A DNA stretch of 63,840 nt, the filler included, from Octopus bimaculoides (lineage: Eukaryota), in NCBI RefSeq assembly GCF_001194135.2. It is 8 parts of 8 records of this genome, joined end to end, with 100 filler letters (N's around TTAATTAATTAA, not from the genome) between each part and the next. Parts side by side here need not be neighbours in the genome. Positions count along the whole stretch, not along the records: positions 29,983 to 39,896 come from NC_068993.1; positions 39,997 to 48,002 come from NC_068997.1; positions 48,103 to 60,776 come from NC_068996.1; 5 more parts are not named here. One strand, written 5' to 3'. The notes beneath the pieces are model-generated. The model was not told the DNA's origin. It worked only from the letters and a program-made list of their open reading frames with translations, and searched no databases. Positions 39,250 to 52,149 of the stretch are shown here, one piece after another (positions within the stretch are counted from its first letter, which is position 1; every line of letters begins with the position of its first letter). The translations under genes were made by a program, and so were the position numbers.

Positions 39250-39896
39250 GCAGTGATTCCCAAGGTGGGGCGTACGCCCCACTGGTGGGGCCTGAGAAAA
39301 TTCAGGTTGGGCGCGGGGCATAGACGTGGGCTGTGAAAACATTTGTACATGACGAGCGGTCATCGCAGGCACAACCTTAGATTCCGTCTTTCCTTTGAAG
39401 CCTCCACATCGGAAACTCTCGCACCCCAGCGAGACAAAGAAGATCCCGCACTGAGCAATAAACTTACGCGCATCCCTATACATGTAGCATGAATCACTAC
39501 AGGCAGTAAATGATGCATGAAATTTTCATCGACAGGTACTGCTGGCATTACTATTCAGATAAGCCAATCAATTGCCTCAATTAGTTTATACTGAAGAGTG
39601 CGCGCATCTAAGCTTTGTTATAACCGACGGCAAAAAATAGTCTATAAATTGGGGTTAAACCACAGCTCTTTATTTCAACATAAACTATGCAGTGATTCTT
39701 TCAAGGCAGCAGCCAACTCAGCTCAGGTGACTCGTTGTTGCCGGTTGTTTCCACGAATCACTTTCTTTTCACACTGCAAAATTCATCGTCTCCATCGCTT
39801 TCTTGGATTTGTGTCATCTCCCGAGACTTTCAATACTGTACCTTTCAATTTTAATATCTTTTGTTAGCCCTATTGAAAATGAGCAAACCAAACAAG
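39250..39896. mobile_element. hAT (Charlie-like) transposon end
   Basis: CAGTGATTCCCAA terminus preceded by CTATAGAG (Charlie-type target); 18-bp subterminal palindrome; other end lost in a gap. Confidence 0.5.
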
Positions 39897-39996
39897 NNNN
39901 NNNNNNNNNNNNNNNNNNNNNNNNNNNNNNNNNNNNNNNNTTAATTAATTAANNNNNNNNNNNNNNNNNNNNNNNNNNNNNNNNNNNNNNNNNNNN
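39897..39996. other. synthetic scaffold spacer
   Basis: TTAATTAATTAA at 39941-39952. Confidence 0.95.
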
Positions 39997-40520
39997 ACAT
40001 ATATATGCGTATGTCTGTGCGCGCACGCATTTATATATGCGTGTGTGAGTGTGTATACATACTTATGCGTACAAATTCAGTCACTCACGCGTATATATGA
40101 AGCACGAAGATGCGCAAGAAGATAGAGACTTTGAATATAAACCTTATCCCATTTGCCGTGATTGATGGCATGTTGAGCTAAATTCATCTGTGTATTCTTC
40201 CTGGCCATTTCAAGTAATATAAAGAAACTGACCAAAGAACTCTCCGTGTCTGTTTCTTCATATATGTATACATGCATACATACATGCTGGCATACATACA
40301 TAAATACATTGATACGTACGTACTTATATGTACATCTATATATATTTATGTATGTGCGTGTATATATATGTATATATATACAAATATATATATGCATACA
40401 TATATATATATATATATATGCACATATGTGTTAGTATGTGTGAGTTATGTGTGCCTAAGTGTGTGTTTACATGAATAAAGACAGAAGTTCAGAATTGTGT
40501 ACGTATATAATTTATACACG

Positions 40521-40556
<36 letters not shown>

Positions 40557-40734
40557 GCATATATATATTCAGTCATAGATATGCATAGTTACATGTGCAG
40601 ATTCATACAAACATCCAAAACACACATATATACGTGTGCATGCATATACCTACAGTTATGTGTATACATGCGTATGTGTATATTTCATGTACGTGTGTTA
40701 AATGTAAGCGTATAAGAGGCAGGTGATATTAAAA

Positions 40735-40796
<62 letters not shown>

Positions 40797-41308
40797 TAGC
40801 GGTGCTCTAACTGAAATGACATACAGTACTTTAATGACCCTTCAATCAACAAGCAAAAAATGATTTAAAAAATGCCGGCTGAGAAGGGGAAAAAAATATA
40901 AAATAGATTGCCGCTTGGCAAAGACACACAAAATGGTAGTCGTTGAAGGCTGGAGGAATTTTTTTTTGTTGCTTTTTATATGTTTTATTTTATATTATTA
41001 TTCATATATTATTCATTATTTTTTAAACCTATTTTTTTCTTCTCTGTTGTCAAGCGTAATGTCAGTGACAGAGGCGAAGCTATTGCACTGCCGTCCACTT
41101 GATTGATGGCAGAAATACGAAGGGAATGCCAGTTCGATATAAAATTGTTCATTTTAAAACTGGCTGTGACTTTTGTTTGCTTACAAGCTACGAGAAGTAC
41201 GAAAACACATTGACAACAGGTTGGCATCAAATTCAAAACCATCAGTGTTAATTAGCAGTGCTTAGAATTCACCATATGCATCACCAAATTTATCTGTCCG
41301 TATGTCCG

Positions 41309-41363
<55 letters not shown>

Positions 41364-41460
41364 ATATATATATATATATATNNNNNNNNNNNNNNNNNNN
41401 NNNNNNNNNNNNNNNNNNNNNNNNNNNNNNNNNNNNNNNNNNNNNTATCTATCTATCTAT

Positions 41461-41494
<34 letters not shown>

Positions 41495-41582
41495 ATTTAT
41501 CTATCTCAATTTATCTCCATTATACTTACATACACAGTCTCTCGTACGAATGTACGTATATATTTATATGTGTCTAAGTAAA

Positions 41583-41617
<35 letters not shown>

Positions 41618-41757
41618 AACACACACACACACACTCACACACACACACATATATATAATGCTGGCGTTGCTCCAGCACGTTCGCAAGAACTTTTGCTTTC
41701 TGAGGCGAGTAAAGTAGTTAACGTGTGTTTATTTTCTTTATGCATCTACATATGTAT

Positions 41758-41813
<56 letters not shown>

Positions 41814-42294
41814 TCACTCACTCACTCACAAACATGGTGATACGTACGTATGCTTCTCTCTCGATAAATAATTCTGTTTTCTTTTTGGTTACTCTAGATT
41901 TTTCACGTGAATATATTAAACTAGAAATAGATTCGTTCGAAATGATTTTTACGAATTGAATATAGGACAGCACTCAGTGTACTGTAAATGAGGAAGAGAT
42001 TTTGAGATTAAATGTTTCATAGCCAAATGGCAGCGTATTGCTGGTATACGAACCGTGTATTGTTGTGATATTAAAATTTGGATTTAGTTTCGAAGAATAG
42101 TGCTGTGAATGTTTTATTATTGTCAGGGCAGCACAGTTTCTACATACCTCTACGCAATTAATAGCCAATATAAATGTTTGGTTGTTTTTTAGTCTGTTTG
42201 TTGGTTGGTTGATTTCTCCATTCATGTTTTGCATTGTATATAAAGAGGAAGAGAAACAGTTTTGGAAGAAAAAAAGATTAAAAGATAGATACAT

Positions 42295-42460
42295 AGGCAC
42301 AGGCCAAGGTGTATGGTAACAAGCCTGCCTGCCGACGTCATGGTTCCGGGTTCAGTCCCACTGCGTGGCACCTTGTGCAAGTGTCTTCTATTATAGCCTC
42401 GGGCCGACCAAAGCTTTCTCAGTGGATTTCGTAGACGGAAACTAAACGATTCCATCGTAC
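42295..42460 (+). mobile_element. tRNA-derived SINE family B
   Basis: GGTTCCGGGTTCAGTCCCACTGCGTGGCACCTTG...GTAGACGGAAACT. Confidence 0.85.
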
Positions 42461-42599
42461 ATACATACATACACACACGCGCGCGCACGCACGTACGCAC
42501 ACATACATATCATAAATTATATGTATGTATGTACGTGTGTGTGTATGTATGTATGTATATGTGTTTGTATGTATGTGTGTCTTTTTTAGCAGTTTTTCC

Positions 42600-43060
42600 C
42601 CACCACGACTTGATAACCTTGAAGCTCTACTCTGTCCAGCGCCGCCGCGAGCGGTACATCATTTGTACGATGTGGAAAATATACCGCCAGCATTGCCCAA
42701 ACGACCTGAACATTAGTTTCAAGGTTCATCCAAGGCTGGGACCACGAGCCATACGTCCCCTGCCCAATTCAGGATCACAACATATAGGTACATTGCGGCA
42801 TAATTTCTTTTCCTCAACAGGCCCTGCCGTGTTTAACATTGTCCCAAAACAGATAAAAGAGGAAAAAGATCCTATCAGCTTTAAACGGAGTCTAGACAGA
42901 TTTCTTCAAGGAATACCAGACAAGCAACCCATACCTGGATACAACTCACTCAATAAGAACTCACTACTTGAATGAACCATAAACAAAACTTGACTGCAAA
43001 AAGGATTTAGATAATCCTATCAGGTGGCGCTATTAAGTTAGACATGGCCTGGACCAATCT
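42600..43060 (+). mobile_element. CR1/L2-like LINE 3' end
   Basis: LKLYSVQRRRERY..WKI...GPAVFNIVPKQI..FKRSLDRFLQGIPDK..PGY..NSL*. Confidence 0.82.
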
Positions 43061-45671
43061 TTGGTCGAAACAAATCTAAGTTTTTGTTATCTAAGTTTTA
43101 ACCGACGTTGTTTTGCTTATGTCTCGGCAAAAGACACACATAGAATGAGTACCAGGCTTAAAAAATTAAGCAACAGGGTCAATTTGTTCGACTAAAAATC
43201 TTCAAGGGGCTGCTACAGCATGGTCAGAGTCAAATGATTGAAACAAGTAAAAAATGAACGATAACAGTGAAAGTTAACATAAGAGGTGCGTGACGAGTGC
43301 AGTTACTAGGCTTGGTGGCACGTCTGAGTAATTCCGCAGAGGAATTTGAACTCAGAACGTCAAAACGGACGATATACCGTTAGGCAGTTTCTCCGGCGTG
43401 CCAACCAACTCTTCAGCTCACCACTTTCACGAAGAAAATAAATATTGAGCACGTTTCGTTAACGTGTCTCGTATGCAAAGAAAGGATGATATTTTCGGAT
43501 GGAACTATATTAATTAAATAAATTGTTTCAATGTAGTGATATTAAATAGCGAAACCCATTGAATTTTTACCGCTTTCTTTCGCAGTTATTATTACGCCGT
43601 GGTTTAACGGAGAAAGCGTTTTGCGGTCTCGTGAGCCATTACATTCGTTCTTGTATTTCCTCCGATTCTTACGCTCTAAGTCAACTTTGCTTATCATCCC
43701 ACTCCACCGAGGTGGAGGAAATAAAACTCCAAAACTGAACACGATATATTGAACTTACTCCTCTCCCGCTCAAAACTGTTGGCCATGTATCTAAATTAGA
43801 ATCTATTAATATGTTATTTCTTTGCCCTTTATTACCATTTTGTGTTCTATTTGTTATCGATTCATTTTTGGATGATTCCACTAGCATATCGGTTGCCCTA
43901 TGCGTAGAGGTCACAAACCTCTCATTCAATCTTTCTTTAATTCTGTATAAAGAGGCGCTGTAAAAGATCGATGACGCCCCGTTTTCCGATTATGAATTAA
44001 AAAAAAAAATATGCCGAAATATATTTTAAAATTGAGAGGTTATTTGATATGATATGAATGACGTGAGGCTTAAACTTTCCATCTTAATGGTTATTTAAAT
44101 ATACACGAGAATATTTTATTTTACATACAACTAATGTCAAAACATTTTAATGAATTTTTGATATTTTGACTTTTCAATTAATTAAAACTATCGCTGTTCA
44201 GATTCCAGCGAAATTTTAACTATTGTATTAACTAATTTTAAGTAACAGTATTAATTATGCAAAAAAACAAAAAAAAACAAAGATATAAAGATCAAAGATT
44301 CTTTTTAGCCATAGGCTCATAAAGCTGGTTTCCTGAATTCTCTGGCGTATATATGTATCCTCTCCCCTGGACAAGACGCCGGTCTGTCACAGTATACTGA
44401 TCATTGCTACGCTGAGTGGACTGGACCACACGTGTTTTTCTCAAGAACACAACCCATATCCCGATCTAGGAATCGAAATCGCAATCTTACAATCACGAAG
44501 CACCGCACCTTAACCACTAAGCCCTGTACCTCCACAGTTGTGCAATGGACTTTATCAACAAAAATCATTGTAAATAAATTTGGTGAAAGTATACATTTGG
44601 AGTAAGAAATAAATGAGAACATTTCTACTGTTTCCATTGTAAACTTCGTTTCCCAGTGACTGACTCAGTTACATTTAACAATAAAGAAGAGAGATGCTGG
44701 ATGAAAGAGCAAAGTGATATGTAGTTTTTACATCTTCGTCTATATGATTAAGAAATTGCTGGGAACACGACAGTTCCAAGCGAAGAAATCCAAGTTACGT
44801 AGACAAATACATTTAAGTCAGAACATTAGGTGTTCAGAGAGAAGCGACAAAGATGCCAATAAAAGGAGAGAGTGTGTTTGTTTTAGTGTTCATGGTTCAT
44901 TTTACAGTACAACATTTTGAGAGTTGTAACTGTGGAGGTTGCCAAAATCAAGTATTTGCCAGCCATCACGTTCCCCTGGTCCGTTGCTAGGTACTTAGCA
45001 TGTAGTCGGCCAGTCAAACTCACTCTGTTTTCTCTCTTCAGATGATATCTGCTGTTTATTACTGTGTTACAAAACAATGCAATAACATTTTCTATAGCAT
45101 CTCCAGCGATCTTTGTCACATTGTTCTTTTTCGTTTGCATTCAAAGTTTCATTAGCCATCCTAATGGCACATTTCAATCCTTATTCACCGACTTGAGCAA
45201 GTTGGGTTTTGAAATTTTATTTACTCTTTTGGAAATGGTGCTTCAGTGTCAGAATTTAAATACACATTTGAATATTTCAACGATCACCTTCAGTTAGAAT
45301 TATACTTACATTTCAATGTATGTGTGCTTGTATAACAATATGCAGGTATGTAGGTGTGTGCATATATGTTTGTAGGCTTGGATATATGTATGTTTGGATG
45401 TATGAGTATGCGCGAATGGACGTATATCAAGCAATAAATAATTTGTTAGTGAATTTTATGAGGTGTCTGTCGAAAAGCATTTAACACTCATGAGGTATAC
45501 GTGTTTGCACAAAGGATATTTCATGTATATGTGAGCTTATAAACATACCTATATACATGCATTCATATACACACACCCATATATATATATATATGTGTGC
45601 GTGTGTGTGTGTGAGTGTGTGTATGTGTGTGTGTGTGTGTATGTGTGTGTGTATGTATGTGTGTGTATACG

Positions 45672-45706
<35 letters not shown>

Positions 45707-46052
45707 GTAAATTGATGTCTATGCNNNNNNNNNNNNNNNNNNNNNNNNNNNNNNNNNNNNNNNNNNNNNNNNNNNNNNNNNNNNNNNNNNNNNNNNNNNN
45801 NNNNNNNNNNNNNNNNNNNNNNNNNNNNNNNNNNNNNNNNNNNNNNNNNNNNNNNNNNNNNNNNNNNNNNNNNNNNNNNNNNNNNNNNNNNNNNNNNNNN
45901 NNNNNNNNNNNNNNNNNNNNNNNNNNNNNNNNNNNNNNNNNNNNNNNNNNNNNNNNNNNNNNNNNNNNNNNNNNNNNNNNNNNNNNNNNNNNNNNNNNNN
46001 NNNNNNNNNNNNNNNNNNNNNNNNNNNNNNNNNNNNNNNNNNNNNNNNNNNN

Positions 46053-46098
<46 letters not shown>

Positions 46099-48002
46099 GT
46101 AAATTGATGTCTATGCTAACCCCACACATATATAAATGTACCTGTGTATGTATCTATTAGTATACTTTATGTCTCAAAAGTCTATTACAAATTTTATAGT
46201 AACATATTTATGACACATTAATTTCAACTAAAACCTTGAAATTACTCGGACAAACCTATCCGCTCGAATATGTACGTACGTACGTACGTATGTATGTATG
46301 TATGTATGTATGTATCTATGTATACATATACATCTGAATATATGTATATGTATACATATACATACATATATATATGCACATATAAGTATGTGTATTTACA
46401 ACTGCAAATATATATATATATATGTGTGTGTGTATATGGGTGTGTGCTTGTGTCTGTGTGCATATCTATCTGTATATTTATATACGATGGTTAGGATGAG
46501 GTTGGAATGAAATGAGTGAATTTTTCTCGTCAAATACTCGTCAGGCATTTGGCCATTGGGAAAAGACTACGACGATATGTCTGTTTCTGTAACAAAGACC
46601 ACCTGAATCTTTCTTCAAATGTGCTGGCCCGGATCCAAGAGCAGGGAAAACTAATTCTCAGAAAGACTCCAACTGGCATCATTCCTTCATTACCTGAAGT
46701 GACACTTTTGAAGACCATAAAGAAATATTTAAAACAAAAATTTGGGACAACCAAACAACTGAGGAGAATATTGAAGTTCTCAGACTCATGTTACCGTTGA
46801 AAGGCAAGATGATAATTTTGTTGTCCGTAATTGTAGAGGTCTCGCCCAAAACATCTTATTTACAGTGTTTGAATAAGCTAGTACGGTTGAAACTTCGAAA
46901 AACTGTTAACAAAATTGTTAAGTATTGTTTTTTATTTGTAAAGAGTATTTTATACGGTCAATCTTTATGCTTTTCTATCAATTTGAAAACAGGCGTTTTT
47001 GTGCATAAAGGCATAGATGNNNNNNNNNNNNNNNNNNNNNNNNNNNNNNNNNNNNNNNNNNNNNNNNNNNNNNNNNNNNNNNNNNNNNNNNNNNNNNNNN
47101 NNNNNNNNNNNNNNNNNNNNNNNNNNNNNNNNNNNNNNNNNNNNNNNNNNNNNNNNNNNNNNNNNNNNNNNNNNNNNNNNNNNNNNNNNNNNNNNNNNNN
47201 NNNNNNNNNNNNNNNNNNNNNNNNNNNNNNNNNNNNNNNNNNNNNNNNNNNNNNNNNNNNNNNNNNNNNNNNNNNNNNNNNNNNNNNNNNNNNNNNNNNN
47301 NNNNNNNNNNNNNNNNNNNNNNNNNNNNNNNNNNNNNNNNNNNNNNNNNNNNNNNNNNNNNNNNNNNNNNNNNNNNNNNNNNNNNNNNNNNNNNNNNNNN
47401 NNNNNNNNNNNNNNNNNNNNNNNNNNNNNNNNNNNNNNNNNNNNNNNNNNNNNNNNNNNNNNNNNNNNNNNNNNNNNNNNNNNNNNNNNNNNNNNNNNNN
47501 NNNNNNNNNNNNNNNNNNNNNNNNATATATGTATGTATGTATGTACGTAACTCTGAGCAAGGGATAAAGAGTAGGTGCACGGAATTCCCTTTGCAAATAC
47601 TGATAGGGCACAGGAAATGTGACAATAGCCAGCTGGAGGAAATTCCTTTCTAGGGATACAAGCTACAGTAGCATAAACCCTTAAGGGTTAGACACATTTA
47701 GGTAGCAAATATACTACACGATATATATATATATATACACATCATATGGGACTGGAGGCTGATACTTCGCAAATTTTCTGGTTTCCTCATTTTCAATCAT
47801 CGGGCAATTGAATTTACACGTAAAATTCATGCATACATACGTTCATAATGCATACATATTTAATACATGCACACAAATACACACGCACATAAATACATAC
47901 ATGCATATATCTATTTCACATATACATATATACATTTACACGTATATATACATATATACATATACACACACATATATATATATAAATAAATTAACATATA
48001 TA

Positions 48003-48102
48003 NNNNNNNNNNNNNNNNNNNNNNNNNNNNNNNNNNNNNNNNNNNNTTAATTAATTAANNNNNNNNNNNNNNNNNNNNNNNNNNNNNNNNNNNNNNNNNN
48101 NN
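48003..48102. other. synthetic scaffold spacer
   Basis: TTAATTAATTAA at 48047-48058. Confidence 0.95.
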
Positions 48103-48408
48103 AGACTATCATCTCTTCGGCCCCATGAAAGAGGGTTTGAGAGGCAAACATTATTCCAGTGACAAGGAAGTGAAAACTGTAGTGAAGAAGTGGCTCAAAG
48201 AACAGTCAACAGAATTTTACGGGGCATAGATACATACTCTCATTTGAGGGTGGAACATTGCTATTGAGAGAAATGGTGACTATGTTGAGAAGTAGGGATG
48301 TGATCCACAGAGGACCAGCTTCATTTTGATGCATGATACATGTTCCTGTGTTGGTAATTATACCTGTCCAAAACAAAATGGCATTACTTTATGACTCACC
48401 CTCGTATA
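48103..48408 (+). mobile_element. mariner (DD34D) 3' end with TIR
   Basis: DYHLFGPMKEGLRGKHYSSDKEVKTVVKKWLKEQ..NGDYVEK*; ends GACTCACCCTCGTA. Confidence 0.9.
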
Positions 48409-48722
48409 CTTTCCTCACTATGGTACACAGAAACGATCGTAAACTCACTCTTACTCTCACCTTTCTTACCTAATAGAATAATGGCTTCCTAGCGCAAAAG
48501 TCACACTTCTTATTGTTATTTTTCCTCTATTTTCTATATAAACTAAACTACGGTTTGCCCGCCAAATTACCTGCTGCCGTATAACTTTTACCAAGAAATA
48601 TACCTACTGAGGTAATTACCAGGAGTGCTTTGGACATATCTGTCTCTTAGAGGCTTTAAACACCTCTGACTTATACCTGCGTATATATATATATATATAT
48701 ATATATAAAGGGCATTACTACA

Positions 48723-48767
<45 letters not shown>

Positions 48768-49352
48768 NNNNNNNNNNNNNNNNNNNNNNNNNNNNNNNNN
48801 NNNNNNNNNNNNNNNNNNNNNNNNNNNNNNNNNNNNNNNNNNNNNNNNNNNNNNNNNNNNNNNNNNNNNNNNNNNNNNNNNNNNNNNNNNNNNNNNNNNN
48901 NNNNNNNNNNNNNNNNNNNNNNNNNNNNNNNNNNNNNNNNNNNNNNNNNNNNNNNNNNNNNNNNNNNNNNNNNNNNNNNNNNNNNNNNNNNNNNNNNNNN
49001 NNNNNNNNNNNNNNNNNNNNNNNNNNNNNNNNNNNNNNNNNNNNNNNNNNNNNNNNNNNNNNNNNNNNNNNNNNNNNNNNNNNNNNNNNNNNNNNNNNNN
49101 NNNNNNNNNNNNNNNNNNNNNNNNNNNNNNNNNNNNNNNNNNNNNNNNNNNNNNNNNNNNNNNNNNNNNNNNNNNNNNNNNNNNNNNNNNNNNNNNNNNN
49201 NNNNNNNNNNNNNNNNNNNNNNNNNNNNNNNNNNNNNNNNNNNNNNNNNNNNNNNNNNNNNNNNNNNNNNNNNNNNNNNNNNNNNNNNNNNNNNNATATA
49301 TACATACATATATATATATATTCATGTATGCAATTATGCATATTTATGTGTG

Positions 49353-49401
<49 letters not shown>

Positions 49402-50827
49402 ACTTTGTGAGTCTGTATAAAATATAACCATAATTCACTGGTATGTCCTGGTAGCTTGTACTTGTAAGGTGCTTTTAATGATTGTTTTCGGTGTCTATGT
49501 GATGAAAAGCAGGCACACGTTGAGGATGAAACAATGAAGAGAAATAAGGCAGCACCAACATCCAGTTCCCGGTTAATGTTAGGTGAGTAGAGTGGAACAA
49601 CAAGAAATTATGTGCCTTGCCGAAGGGCAATTCGTACCGCCTGTTCCAAGTACCGAACCTGTAACCTCTTGGTCTTGAGGTCAAAGCTGTTACAATAAAA
49701 CGTGAGACGAAACTTACATTCTAGTTAAGACGTATTTCATGATAATTCAAATTCTATATTCAATATTGAGTTTTCCATTAGTAAAAAATGTTTTATTTTC
49801 CTGAAGTTGTTTTTAAATTATTCAAACATTTATACATATCAATCACACTTATAACCAATTAATTAAACATTAATAACCACAGGCACACACACTCAAAAGC
49901 ACACACGAACACAGACATTCCAAAAGATACATGTGCGCGCGCGTGTTTAAAATTTCTATTTTATTTCTTTCAAAAGCATTGAGAAGTCGACATGTCTGTA
50001 AGAGACTGAAGTAAGATAAATTATTGCGTATTATCTTGATTGGAGGTGGATTAACAGAACCATTCTCTTGAACTGGTATGGAACTATATAGCAGGAGTGG
50101 GTGTATGAGAGAGGTGGAATAATAGTTTACTGTAAGTGGTTCTGTATAATTCCTGAAAACAATCTGTACTCTGCCTTTTTTTCTATGTAATGAGAGACAT
50201 CTTACGGAGATTTGATTTTTCTACCAATCCTTCCTTAATTGCTTATTAACTATAACTAAAATAATCTAACTTCCCAATCCCTACTTGAAATATTAGCTTC
50301 CAAACGGAAAATGACTCAAAACTTTGCAAGTTGGGCGCCTGGCGCCTTTTCCATTAAGCCATGTCAGAAAAAAAAGAGAATTAAAAACAAAAGCGATTTA
50401 TTCACAAATTGCCTAATCAGGGACAGCCGAAATTTTTTCTTGATAGTAAACTGTTTTACAGGCGTGCCCAAAATTAGACTCAATACAAATTACAGGCCGA
50501 AAAAAAAAACACATTTAATCAAACAATATTAGTACTAATGATTATGACATTTACCATAATTGCAGTAAAAAAAGACAAGATCTTTCTTGGTGTACTTAAT
50601 TACATATACATACACACATATGGTCGTTCATTTGCACGTAAATCGGACAAAGAGAGAAATAAACGTAAAATAATTGTCTGATTTTTAGATAAACCTCGAC
50701 AGAGATTTACTGAAGGCTGAAAAATAACAAAGAAAATTAACAATTTGCTTGCGGAAGGCATAAGATTGTTAATTTATTATATATTACATACGAGCAGAAG
50801 TTCACTTTAACAACAAAAACCACATAT

Positions 50828-51045
50828 TAATAATAATCCTTTCTACTATAGGTACAAGGCCTGAAATTTTGGGGTGAGGACTTGTCGATTACATCGACCC
50901 CAGTACGCAACTGGTACTTAATTTATCGACCTCGAAAGGATGAAAGGCAAAGCTAATCTCGGCGATATTTGAACTCAGAACGTAAAGACGGACAAAATGC
51001 CGCCAAGCATTTCGTGCTAACGATTCTGCTAGCTCGCCGCCTTAA
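50828..51045 (-). mobile_element. SINE family A
   Basis: Reverse complement of full head, core and tail. Confidence 0.88.
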
Positions 51046-51893
51046 TAATAATATCAATAATAATAACAACAACAACAACAACAACAACAATGATAATAAT
51101 AATAATGTCGAAAAGAAAGCAACAAAATAGCTGAATTATGAATTAATTTTTTTTCTTCTTTTCACTGAATCACTGTATGTTCAATTTGGTATACAGTTTA
51201 ATTACAATATTTTTAATTAGTTTTTGCACAAGGGCACGTAGAAGTTATACCTTCAAAAACAAATTCGCTTATGACTGTTTATGAGTGATTACATCACAAG
51301 TAAAACGTCTTGATATTAAACACATGTCAGAAGCACGAGAATCCGAATTCTCATAATTCAATTGTCAAAAAGGAAGTATGAAAATAAAGTGAGGAGAGCA
51401 AAGTTACTACTATAATTGTCCATGAAATAAAGTTATTGTTAAAGTAAATTAAAAGTACCATATTAATCACTAAATATACGTGAGCTATATCAATTTATTT
51501 ATTTATTTATTTATTCTTGCTCCAAATTATATTTTAATTTTTACGCAATTAGTGATGTACACAAAACACTTTAATTAGAAATTTGCTTCTTTAATTGGAG
51601 ACAGAAGACAACGACTTAGTGATAACTGTCGGTGACTTTGAAAGAAAAGGGGGAGATAATTCAAATAATGCACAATTAATTTCGAAGAAACTTTCATTTT
51701 CGTGCTTATTCCCTAATCATCTTCAGGTATCCCATTCTTTCGCATTAACATATGCAGGCGACTTTACTTCCTGTGTAGAGAGTCACTGAAAGGATGGAAA
51801 CTTAGAATTCTGTTTTAAAAGATAAGAACTATGTTTATAATTAGTAAACAGTAACTTAAATATGATGTTGAGGAGTAAAGAGACCCTACTTCT

Positions 51894-51944
<51 letters not shown>

Positions 51945-51951
<7 letters not shown>

Positions 51952-52083
51952 AGCGAATTGGCAGAGTCGTAAGAGCGGCGGCTTCAATACCTTGCATTAT
52001 TAGTTCTGGCCTTCTGCACTCTGAATTCAAATGCCACTATGTCGACCTTGCCTTTCATCCTTTTGAGGTCGATAAATGAAATA
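51945..52083 (+). mobile_element. SINE family A 5' part inserted after (AGT)n
   Basis: CTGAATTCAAAT..GTCGACCTTGCCTTTCATCCTTTTGAGGTCGATAAA. Confidence 0.75.
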
Positions 52084-52093
52084 NNNNNNNNNN

Positions 52094-52135
<42 letters not shown>

Positions 52136-52149
52136 TATAACGTGTCTTG

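Noticed and set aside
41082-41112. TATTGCAC (miR-92-like seed) next to an 8-bp hairpin
   Set aside because: Seed lies outside the stem and the hairpin is too short for a pre-miRNA
45690-46116. Identical sequence (…GTAAATTGATGTCTATGC) on both sides of an N gap
   Set aside because: Overlapping contig ends around a (TA)n tract; assembly artefact
48428-48445. GAAACGATCGTA, hammerhead-like stem III
   Set aside because: No CUGANGA or stem II upstream
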